Below are positions 52,907-63,421 of a stretch of DNA of 64,000 bases, in pieces. The stretch is from Nemertoderma westbladi. Taxonomy: Eukaryota; Animalia; Xenacoelomorpha. Positions within the stretch are counted from its first letter, which is position 1. Each line of letters starts with the position of its first letter. The DNA is taken from assembly GCA_032718475.1 (NCBI GenBank), contig JAUCBJ010000777.1, positions 44,983 through 108,982 of the forward strand. Reading direction: 5' to 3'. Under the pieces are notes generated by a model. That model had not been told where the DNA came from, did not search any database, and saw only the letters and a list, made by a program, of their open reading frames with translations. The position numbers and the translations under genes were made by a program.

Positions 52907-53696
52907 CCTGGTGAGTAAATGGGTTAGTGGTGGGTTAACAAGGATTCTGTGAGGCATTCACTAAATGTGTTAGTGGTGGGTTAACAAAGATTCTATGAGG
53001 CATTCACTGGTGAGTAAATGGGTTAGCGGTGGGTTAACAAGGATTCTGTGAGGCATTCACTAAATGTGTTAGTGGTGGGTTAACAAAGATTCTATGAGGC
53101 ATTCACTGGTGAGTAAATGGGTTAGCCGTGGGTTAACAAGGATTCTGTGAGGCATTCACTAAATGGGTTAGTGGTGGGTTAACAAGGATTATGGGAGGCA
53201 TTCACTGGTGAGTAAATGGGTTAGCCGTGGGTTAACAAGGATTCTGTGAGGCATTCACTAAATGGGTTAGTGGTGGGTTAACAAGGATTCTGTGAGGCAT
53301 TCCCTGGTGAGTAAATGGGTTAGTGGTGGGTTAACAAGGATTCTGTGAGGCATTCACTAAATGGGTTAGCGGTGGGTTAACAAGGATTCTGTGAGGCATT
53401 CCCTGATGAGTAAATCGGTTAGAGGTGGGTTAACAAGGATTCTGTGAGGCATTCACTAAATGGGTTAGCGGTGGGTTAACAAGGATTCTGTGAGGCATTC
53501 ACTAAATGGGTTAGTGGTGGGTTAACAAGGATTCTGTGAGGCATTCACTAAATGGGTTAGTGGTGGGTTAACAAGGATTCTGTGAGGCATTCACTGGTGA
53601 GTAAATGGGTTAGCGGTGGGTTAACAAGGATTCTGTGAGGCATTTACTAAATTGGTTAGCGGTGGGTTAACAAGGATTCTGTGAGGCATTCACTGG
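52907..53696. repeat. 46/53-bp tandem repeat
   Basis: Unit gggttagtggtgggttaacaaggattctgtgaggcattcact(ggtgagt)aaat. Confidence 0.95.
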
Positions 53697-54046
53697 CCTT
53701 CCACTGATAGTTAAACCTTTCCAGTCTACTGGCCACTATATACAAGTTCTAGGTAATAGTTTATATAAATTACTATCTTATTCTGCAATTAAGGGTCACT
53801 TCCTTTTTTAAGGTAACTCACTTGATTTTAGATTGAAACATTTCTATAATGTAACAATTTTAATAACAAAATTCCTTTAGTAATAACAAGTTGCTCAAAG
53901 GTTTACATATCAGTGGGAGGCCTTCACCTTTAGTAGTAACAATCTGTATCAACTTCAACTAATTAGTATTCCAATAGAAATTCAATTATATTTGTTAGAT
54001 TTCTGATTTGTATTTAACATGTTTCTTTAACTCTGATTATTGGTGT

Positions 54047-57000
54047 CTACAATACAATGCCAGATTCAGCAACTTGATTGGTAATGTCTACAATATCAGC
54101 ATCATAACCTCTAGTAGCTTCCTCTAGAGTATCAGCTAAATGATGTTGGTTGGTGACCCTGAGACATTCACAAAAACTAAGAAAATCCTTGTAAGATCTT
54201 TTCATTACTGCATTTATAAGTACAACATTCTTTAACGCTATCGATTCTTTGCATTCGATTATTTCTATGATGGATTTACTTATAACTTTTCTGCTAATAA
54301 GAAGCTGTGCCACAAACTTAGTTTGTTCTAAATCTTTCATTAACATATATTTATACTTTGTTAGAATGACAGGGAACATTTGGTCTTCCATTTTGATTTT
54401 TTCATGCAAAATTTCAACCAAAAGCGGTTGATTGGTTACATATAATGCTTCAATTAATATTTTGTAATTCTTTTCTGATCCCCATTTTATTGACTCCAAC
54501 AAAATCTTATTCTTACTCAACAAATTCGACTTAGATTCAATTACAGCTGAAACTTCCTTTGATATAACCCCCTTACTTTCTAAGTATACAAGTAACTCTG
54601 TGATTTCTAGTCTATCAATAAGATCTTCTTGGTTAGATGTAATGTTTAACCAATGTGAGCTAAATTTACTAACAACTGGGAATTTACCACTAATAAATCG
54701 ACTTCTGACAGAGTTATTAAATTTACATTTTAGGAAATCATTTGATAGAATATCTGACAGTTTTACAAAGTGAAAACACCCTTCTTCATTGCAGTCAAGT
54801 AATCTGTGTTGATCGCATTTAGCATTACATTCACATTTTATTTCGAAATCAAATGAAATATTTCTAAACCTCATATGGGTAATAATTTCCTTCAATGATG
54901 TATTAATAAAATGATTTATTTTATTCACAATATCCGAATCTGGTGCAAGTTTACTTTCAGTTTGTTCATCGCCCGAACTAAACATCTCCGATCTAATTAC
55001 CTGAACTTTAATCCAATTTAATGAAATAGAAGATCTTTCCAAAATTACTTGATGATTAAAATCTAAAAATACATGAGCAACTCTGTGGTAAAGTTTAGGT
55101 TGAATTACTTTATTACCTACAATGTATGACAAATCAATAGTTCTCTTAATTAAACGGTAGTACAATCCTTGCGGTAAGAAACTCTTGAATGTAATATAAA
55201 ATTCAACTTTACATTGTCTTGGTGTGAATGGAGTATATCTAACAGATTTAAGGCGGCAAGGTACATAATAAGCCAACTTTACATCATCTTGCAATGTTAT
55301 TTCTGTCCTCGGTAAAACCCGTTCACATAATAAATCGAAACGTTCTAGAATATTCAACATAAATTGTTTTTTATCAAGAACACCTTCCCACAGATAATCA
55401 AGGAGTTCTTCATGTAATATACCATTGTCATCCAGGTCCTTCCAGAAAGTAAAATGATGTTTCTTTATTTTGTCTTTTACAGTTATTATTTTGGTAAACA
55501 TTCCGCTCAACCATTCTGGGCTCAGTATAACAGTGTCTCTTAGAGATTCATCGTCAAAGTAAATTATTGTACCCAAATCGTGGTAAAATTCTAACATGGT
55601 TTTCAAACCAATGTTATCCATTTCTACATCAATATCCTTTAATTTAATCTCTAGCAAGTCAATGTCAATATAAACTTTACCCTCCATGATTAATTGAGAC
55701 ACAATTTGGTCAAATTTTAGATATTGCAAAGGTATTTCCTCCTTAAAATTTACCATTTCCCTGACAATATCGGCCTGTAAATTTTCAAGTTCTTTATCTC
55801 CACGATTTATAATTTCTCTATTATTCTCTATAGCGAAGTAATCCTTAATTAGATTAGTTGTATATGAAGATTTACCCAAATGGATCTTAATGTTTTCAAA
55901 CATTTTACTGGCTATTACAGATTGAGTATCAGGATCAGCATGTAAGCTGCCTTTATGAGTGCCAACTACAAAAACAGGTGGACAAGAATTTACTTCTAGT
56001 TTTGTACCAAATGAACAAATATTTTTTAACCAAAAATCAATAAACTCAATATTTTTAATTTCACCGAAAACAAACTCATTAATTTTGTTTTCATCAACTC
56101 TAAATATAATATCAGCAGTTTTTTCCAGATCTTCAATCAGATTAAAGACAATTACATAAATAGCGCGTCTACTGAAAAATATCTGATGGGTTGTGTAATA
56201 AATACATTGGCCACCAAAATCGACTATCTGTAGAGAAAAGCGACTGTCTTCCTCATTAAATTTAGCCAGAATATCTTGGGGTTTACCAGATAACAATATA
56301 TCTTCTACTCCCTTTGTGATGTTTTTAGGAATATCATTTTCCCTAGCATCCCGCATGGGTTGCCTGGAAACGTTTTCTTCAATAGGTTTACTTTCATTCT
56401 CACCAGTTAATATCGGTGGACTAGAAATTATATTTCTTCTACTTCCATATTTTGAATTTAAACCAGGTAATACTGAAACTACCCGCCTCCCCAAACTATC
56501 CTTTTGGACTTTCTCAGCACTAACACTAGAATCTGTAGCAGTAGTCTCAGGTTGACCATCAGTAGCAGACGTAGAGGTTGACACTGAGGGTGTGCCAATG
56601 CCGATACCAATTGCTGAAGTTCCAGAAATATTAGACTCATCAACTGCAAATTGTTTTCTTTCCAGAACAGTTTTTGCAATTTCTTTAGTAATAACGACAT
56701 CAACAGCTGTCGCACTTTTATCTTATTTCTTTCATGTTGGTCCAATCTGTGTTTTGTTCAGTATTTATAGCACAGTTAGTTGATGAGTTAATACCATCTG
56801 TTATTGGTTCATTAATATCAAACGGTTGACCAATAAGGGCCTTCTTCAAACTAGTTTTACCAGCCCTCTCTTGTCCCACTAACATTAACCGGGTTTTCAG
56901 TATCCATGTAGTCCCTTTAGAAAGAGCAGCTTTATATGCAGCCAATGCTTCTGGGCCTCTTGCCAGTATCTCTAAGGGCAATTTTTGTTCTTTTATATAA

Positions 57001-57391
57001 TTAATTAAAAGTTTAGGAACATGCAGTGTATTTAATCTAACGGTTAGAAGTCCCATGTTTCTGAATTTATTAGCAATTTCTATTGTTGAAACTTCATCTA
57101 AACCCCAAACACTAACCAGATTCTGTGTTGTTAATTCAGAAATATCCGTATCCAGTCTAAAGTAAAGTTCTTTTTCTCTATCTGTAAGAATATAAACAGA
57201 AGATTTAATTATATTAGTTATCTTACCCTGAAGTGGTTTATTTATGGGACCAACCCATCCAATATACTCAACAATTTCATTCAATTCCTCCGTTTCCTCC
57301 AATATATCTTCTATCTTTTTGATACTTGTCTTTCTTTCAGTTTGTCTTTCTCTTATCGTATCAATTACCAGAAATGTCCCGCCCCCATCTC
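54047..57391 (-). CDS. Roco-family exon: WD40 tail, winged-helix-like region, ROC GTPase, COR, Cys-rich linker, two CARD-like domains (one frameshift near 56723)
   Basis: Acceptor tttatacag at 57392; P-loop LMLVGQERAGKTS, TDGI, DFGGQCIYYTTHQIF, VGTHK; COR motifs LEFYHDLGTIIYF, VILSPEWL, YYVPCRL; two C-terminal helical repeats ending ALYVTNQPLLVEIL and CLRVTNQHHLADTL. Confidence 0.88.
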
Positions 57392-57482
57392 CTGTATAAA
57401 GTAAAATTGTTGATTAAACTGACTAATAATTATAAATATTTATCAACAATACATTCACAATAATTCAACTGAAACAGATCCC

Positions 57483-58201
57483 CACCCCCAATTTTTTTTT
57501 CTACAAATCTTTATAAATATTGCTTGAAATTTGAAACACAAGTAGTTCAACTCACCGTTGGTGTTACCATGAAGCAGGACAGGAATTTTCGATTTGCCTT
57601 TAATTTTTTATAAGAAAAGTGTCTTTTTTTAAGTTGCACCCTTCGTATCGCCGCCATTCTTACTATTAATCGTAATTTATTTATATCATTAGAAAGCTTA
57701 CGTTGCCATGATTCCAAATATGTAACAATACCTGACTTTCGTTTAGAAACAGCTGAGAAATAGGTGTTCAAAGATATAAAGAATTATCTTTCACATGATA
57801 ACATTTATTCCGTTTAGTAAATACAAAACCTTCTGGGACATATTATTTATGTATGTGTACTGTGTAGCCAGGTATACATAAATCTGTTGCCTAAGAAACG
57901 ATATTTCATAGCAGGCATAAGAAAAATAATAACACGTTCTAGAATGTTGTTTATATTAATTAGAATAAATGGCCTCAAGAGAACGATAATTTTGCAATCT
58001 TTGAACGCCAGTATATATCATAATCATATGTTTCTCAACGAAATTCAGACATTGTATTATCTTTTTTTGTATATTAAAATTTAAAGGCAAAGTCGAAAAT
58101 TATAGCTCCATGTTAACGTCAACAGTGATAGTTGAACAAGTTGTGTTTCAAATGTCAATTTCAAGCAATATGTTAAATATTTGTAGGGAAATATGGAGGG
58201 T
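57483..58201. mobile_element. Degenerate MITE-like element with ~95-bp imperfect inverted repeats
   Basis: 57483-57575 (atattgcttgaaat...ttgaaacacaagtagttcaact...gttaccatgaagc) is an inverted copy of 58104-58201; no TSD recognised. Confidence 0.6.
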
Positions 58202-58659
58202 GAAAGGGAGGGGGGGGGGGGGGGGGGGGGAATCACAACGATCGAAAATCACATTTTTACTGTATTATGGGCAAGGTGTACTGTAATAGGTAGGTTGATG
58301 TTGTAGGCCTAAGTTAGGTGTGTGGGACTGTGTGGCAGACCTGAATATGAAAGTTTTTATTATACAGTTCGGTTGTATTGGCTGTACAATAACTGTACTG
58401 CATTACAGTACCGGTAGGCCTATATCAGTTTATTGTTAATTTTCGCATATTGCTACGGAAACTAGCTAAAATTATAATCGTATAATTTTAAAAAAATCGT
58501 ATAATTTTAAAAAAATGTTCTATAAATGTTAAAATTATACTCTTTTCTTATAAATTGCTCTGATACGGGATTCTAGAAAATATACATTACATTATATTTA
58601 ATACAAATTAATGTAGTGGCATGAGCTATAGTATAATAATAATACAAAGACAAATATAA

Positions 58660-60306
58660 ATGTCTTATACAAACAGATTCCAAAGTGTTTCTGTTGAAAG
58701 ACAGAATTATTTAATAGATAATAGAATTAGCAAAAATACCAAACTTGCTACGAGTTCTCATATAGCGATACTACAATCGTATCTGAAAGAAACTGGTAAA
58801 GGAGATCTTTCATCATTGAGCAATGACGATCTACCTAGTTTGCTCTTTGAATTTTATTCAAATATTCGAAAGGAAGATAATTCTTTTTACAAACTCACCT
58901 CACTGAAAGCCATCCGTGCATCTTTAAATAGACATTTCAAAATCGAGCGCAATATTGATATAGTTAGCGATAGTGAGTTTAGTCAAGCTAACCTGATGTT
59001 TACGGCGATGAGTGTAGAAACAAAAAAGCAAGGAAAGGCCGTTATAATGAATAAGAGGCAAATCATTGAAGAAGATCTTATAAAGATAAAGGAATACTTC
59101 ACAATAGATAAAACTCTTTGTGAACCTAAGAAGCTTCAGCAAAGTGTATTGTTCTATATACTATATTTCTTTTGTCGCAGGGGAAGAGAAAATCTCTATG
59201 GAATGACTAAAAGCACTTTTGCTATTCAAGTAGACCATTCCACTGGATTACGCTATTTAGAACAAGCAGTGGATGAGCTTGATAAGAATCATGGCCCCAA
59301 TGACACGGCTATTGCAAACGAAGGGCGGCTTTATGAAAACCCTGACGACGATCAATGCCCGCTGCACTCATATGAGTTGTATGTATCAAAGCTAAGTTCT
59401 CAAAGTGCTTGTTTGTGGCAGAAGCCACGCCAGAAACCACAAGTGAGAGACAAAATGTGGTATGAAGGAAGGATTGTTGGACGCAACACATTAGCTGGAT
59501 TTATGACCAATCTCTGTGTTAACTTAGAGCTTAGTCAAAAATACACCAACCACTGCATTCGTGCCACCTGCATTACACATTTAGACCAGGCAGGATTTGA
59601 AGCGAGGCATATTTGCGCTTTGACCGCGCACAAGAACGAAGGAAGCATTCGGGCATATGCCCCTAAATGCTCTGAAATTAAAAAGAAAGAAATGTTTGAC
59701 AGCTTGTCATCTGTCTTCTCAAAAAAACGTAGAATAGACAATATCGACAACTTTGCTCCTGAAATGGATATCCATGTCATTGCCAATGATGATGATGAAT
59801 TGCTTGTCGCGGCTCTTGAAGAAGTAGAGAGTGTTGGACATTTAGGTGGAGGACAATTTCTCAATCCAGGTTTCAGGGCGTTCACTGGTGCTGGAGATCC
59901 TGGTATACAAGGTGTTGGAAGACAAGGATTCCGTGGTGTAGGAGGGTCAGCCTTCACAGGTGTTGGTCTAGGTGTACAGGGTGTTGGAGGTCCAGGATAC
60001 CCAGGTGTTGGAAGTCAAAGATTTCGTGGTGTAGGAGGGTCAGCCTTCACAGGTGTTGGTCTAGGTGTACAGGGTGTTGGAGGTCCAGGACACCCAGGTG
60101 TTGGAAGTCAAAGATTTCGTGGTGTAGGAGGGTCAGCCTTCACAGGTGTTGGTCTAGGTGTACAGGGTGTTGGAGGTCCAGGATACCCAGGTGTTGGAGG
60201 CTCAGGGATAAACTTTGGTTTGATGAGGAATTATAATTACCCGTCTACATTTCCTCCACCTATTATAAATAACTCAAATGTCAATATAAATTATTACAAA
60301 ATATAG
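58660..60306 (+). CDS. Crypton-type tyrosine recombinase (DUF3504/KCTD1-ZMYM-related), 548 aa, Gly-rich repeat tail
   Basis: Catalytic signature RRGRENL (R), YTNHCIRAT (HxxR), TAHKNEGSIRAY (H...Y); CPLHSYELYVSKL; intronless and uninterrupted. Confidence 0.9.
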   Translation: MSYTNRFQSVSVERQNYLIDNRISKNTKLATSSHIAILQSYLKETGKGDLSSLSNDDLPSLLFEFYSNIRKEDNSFYKLTSLKAIRASLNRHFKIERNIDIVSDSEFSQANLMFTAMSVETKKQGKAVIMNKRQIIEEDLIKIKEYFTIDKTLCEPKKLQQSVLFYILYFFCRRGRENLYGMTKSTFAIQVDHSTGLRYLEQAVDELDKNHGPNDTAIANEGRLYENPDDDQCPLHSYELYVSKLSSQSACLWQKPRQKPQVRDKMWYEGRIVGRNTLAGFMTNLCVNLELSQKYTNHCIRATCITHLDQAGFEARHICALTAHKNEGSIRAYAPKCSEIKKKEMFDSLSSVFSKKRRIDNIDNFAPEMDIHVIANDDDELLVAALEEVESVGHLGGGQFLNPGFRAFTGAGDPGIQGVGRQGFRGVGGSAFTGVGLGVQGVGGPGYPGVGSQRFRGVGGSAFTGVGLGVQGVGGPGHPGVGSQRFRGVGGSAFTGVGLGVQGVGGPGYPGVGGSGINFGLMRNYNYPSTFPPPIINNSNVNINYYKI

Positions 60307-60557
60307 CTTGTATCGGTGTAATTTCATTAGGCGTTTTTCTTCGTAATAACATTAAAAATACTATAAAATGATACAGTATAATATGCTTAACATACTATTT
60401 AACTGTGAAATAATAAATTAAATAACCATGTTGTATTGGAACTCATCCTAAAAATTGGCTTTAAACGCATACACTACGCTAGTAGTACTTCCAATATGCT
60501 CAAATTAACAATAAACACAATATTGCAATGTTCTAGAGTTAATATACGGAAATAATA

Positions 60558-60711
60558 ACCTGAAGCGAATAAAACTGAATAATCACTGATGCCGTTCCTG
60601 AAGCAAATTAACCTGTATAATTACCGAGGCCGTAGGCCGAGGTTATTATATTAGGTTAATTTGCTGAAGGATAAGGCAGAAGTGATTATTACAGTTTTAT
60701 TCGCTGAAGGT
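60558..60711 (+). other. Long subterminal inverted repeat/hairpin of the Crypton element
   Basis: 154-bp imperfect palindrome centred on ccgaggccGTAggccgagg. Confidence 0.85.
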
Positions 60712-60734
60712 AAATATATTTAAAGTGGTACAGC

Positions 60735-61625
60735 ACATGGTTACCTAAACCACTTCGTTACCGCAGTTCTACACCACGTGGTTACCGCTGTGGTACACCA
60801 CTTGGTTACCGCAGTAGTACACCACTTGGCTACCACAGTTCTACACCACGTGGTTACCGCTGTGGTACACCACTTGATTACCACGTGGTTACCTCCACCA
60901 CTTGGTTACCGCAGTAGTACACCACTTGGTTACCGCAGTGCTACACCACTTGGTTACCGCAGTAGTACACCACTTGGCTACCACAGTGCTACACCACGTG
61001 GTTACCGCTGTGGTTCACCACTTGGTTACCACAGTTGTACACCACATGGTTCCCTACACCACTTGGTTACCGCAGTGCTACAACACTTGGTTACTGAAGT
61101 AGTACACCACTTGGCTACCACAGTGCTACACCACGTGGTTACCGCTGTGGTACACCACTTGGTTACCGCTATGGTATACCACTTGGTTACCGCAGTGGTA
61201 CACCACATGGTTACCTACACCACTTGGTTACCGCAGTGGTACACCACTTGGTTACCGCAGTAGTACACCTCTTGGCTACCACAGTGCTACACCACGTGGT
61301 TACCGCTGTGGTACACCACTTGGTTACAACAGTGGTACACCACATGGTTACCTACACCACTTGGTTACCACAGTGGTACACCACTTGGTTACCGAAGTGC
61401 TGCACCACTTGGTTACCGCAGTTGTACACCACTTGGCTACCACAGTGCTACACCACCTGGTTACCACAGTGGTACACCACATGGTTACCTACACCACTTG
61501 GTTACCGCAGTGGTACACCACTTGGTTACCGCAGTGCTACACCAGTTGGTTACAGCAGTAGTACACCACTTGGCTACCACATTGCTACACCACGTGGTTA
61601 CCGCTGTGGTACACCACTTGGTTAT
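60735..61625. repeat. 24-bp minisatellite with 17-bp variants
   Basis: Unit caccacttggttaccgcagtggta. Confidence 0.95.
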
Positions 61626-62503
61626 CGGTAATGGTTTTGGTTATTAATAATAAATGAATTGTTTTGGTTATTCAAGCAGAACTACCGGTACCAGTTACAT
61701 TGAACCGCCATTGATACAAACAAACTAACAACCTTGCAGTTACAGTACTTAATGTTAATAGGTAATACCTTCTGATTTTCAGTGGCCTATATTCTGATCT
61801 TAGACTAATTTCTTTCCCATAGTACCAACATACAGGAGGAGGCGGTGAATATGACAGGAGGAGGTAGTGAATGATAATGTTCAGTAATCCTCTTCATAAC
61901 GGTAAGTTGATAATTTTTGAAATAAAATTAATTTAGAGATTAATAATTACCGGCTGACCGGTGCGGTAACGGTACGGTAATGTAACTTCAGAACTTAATT
62001 TAACAGTTTTAATAAAGTTGGCATATTAATTAATAATAACCTCTAATATTATGCCGGTTATCTTTAATAAGCCTACAGAAATCTACAGCATACAGTAGAT
62101 GTGGATATTTACACCCCCCCCCCCCCCCCCCCCCCATGAGGACCTCCGGAACCAAAACAAGCCGTACCTTACAGGAATATTGATCCGTGAATAACCAATC
62201 CGTTCAGCTCACGGTTCAAATTTCCTGTTTTCATACAGGAATTTTGATCCATTCAGAAGGAGTTGTGGAGTGGATCTTCATATCGGTAAGTAAATTATTA
62301 TTAATTAATTAAATTAATTTAGAGATTAATAATTACTAAATTAACTTCATTTACCACCGGGTACCGGTAACTGATCTATGTAGGCCTAATAAAATACATA
62401 TAAAATAAATAAATATATATGTTTAAGTACCGGTGGGCCTAATTAAAATATTATAATAAATAATAAAGTTGGCCTAAAGGTACTGGTATTAATAATTAAT
62501 CAC

Positions 62504-63399
62504 CTGTAATAATATGCCGGTTATCGTTACAGAAATCTACAGCGTCGATGCCGCTCCCAGTTCCTTCAATCCGGTTGATAACCTTCCCAGTTACAGAATT
62601 TAGAATATAAATCAACCCGGTGTTCCTCCCAACAGCAGCGATTCTGGATCCGTTGGGACTCAATACGATCCTGTAGACTCCAGGAGTTGCTTCCTGTCTC
62701 CACAAGGTCTCCCCCGGTACCAACAACGAAGCGATGGATCCCTCCTCTCCCATCCACCGACACCACTGACTCCCCATCCGGACCCCAACCCAGACCGTAG
62801 ACACCCACACTCCAGACCCCCCCACTGTGACTGTGCCCCCGGTATTGGTACAACATCTCCTGGGTTCCGGTCACCCAAACGTTTACTGTTCCATCCACCG
62901 AACAGCTGGCCAACCGGGACCCGTTCGAGTCGAACCGAATACAGTAAACCGGCCTAGAATGCCCCACCCAGTTCGTGACCTTATATTTCCTACCAGTTAT
63001 TGATATAATAGAAATCCCCCCTTTGTGCCCACATGTTGTAATGACGTCCCGGTTGGAGGGATTTATATCTATTCCCCGCCCCCATCTACCCTCCCCCCCC
63101 ACCAACCACTAACTCCCTCCCCGGTACCTCCACTACGACCCTCCAACCGGTCGCTTCCCGCTCCCAGACAGTCACCAACCCCCCCTCCCAGGTTCCCGAG
63201 GCAACGCGGTTCCCGTCCGTAGAAACCGCGACTGTCGAGTAAAAGGTAGAACCTCCGGATCGCGGTAGATCTTCCTTTTCGTAGAGAGTCGATGAGTTGA
63301 CGATACAGGCGAGGTTGCGAGACACAAAGACAACCTCCTCGGTACCCGGGATCACTTTGAGGTCCTGGATCGGCGCCATTGTTAGGGGGATTATTGGTT
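62504..63399 (-). CDS. WD40 beta-propeller exon (two +1 frameshifts in G runs), upstream exon of the Roco gene
   Basis: GHSRPVYCIRFDSNGSRLASCSVDGTVNVW, VAVSTDGNRVASGTWEGGLVTVWE, VYRIVLSPNGSRIAAV, IDAVDFCNDNRHIITG; acceptor ttttatcttccag at 63400; donor ACAG|gtgatt at 62503. Confidence 0.85.
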
Positions 63400-63421
63400 C
63401 TGGAAGATAAAATGAATAATT

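Noticed and set aside
52907-53696. Telomeric repeat (GGGTTA words)
   Set aside because: Isolated hexamers within a 46/53-bp unit, not a (TTAGGG)n array
60778-61631. VTAVVHHL repeat ORFs
   Set aside because: Artefact of the 24-bp minisatellite with frame-breaking 17-bp units
58205-62136. Poly-G (58210-58230) and poly-C (62113-62136) tracts as inverted termini of the Crypton
   Set aside because: Simple homopolymers without flanking inverted similarity or TSD
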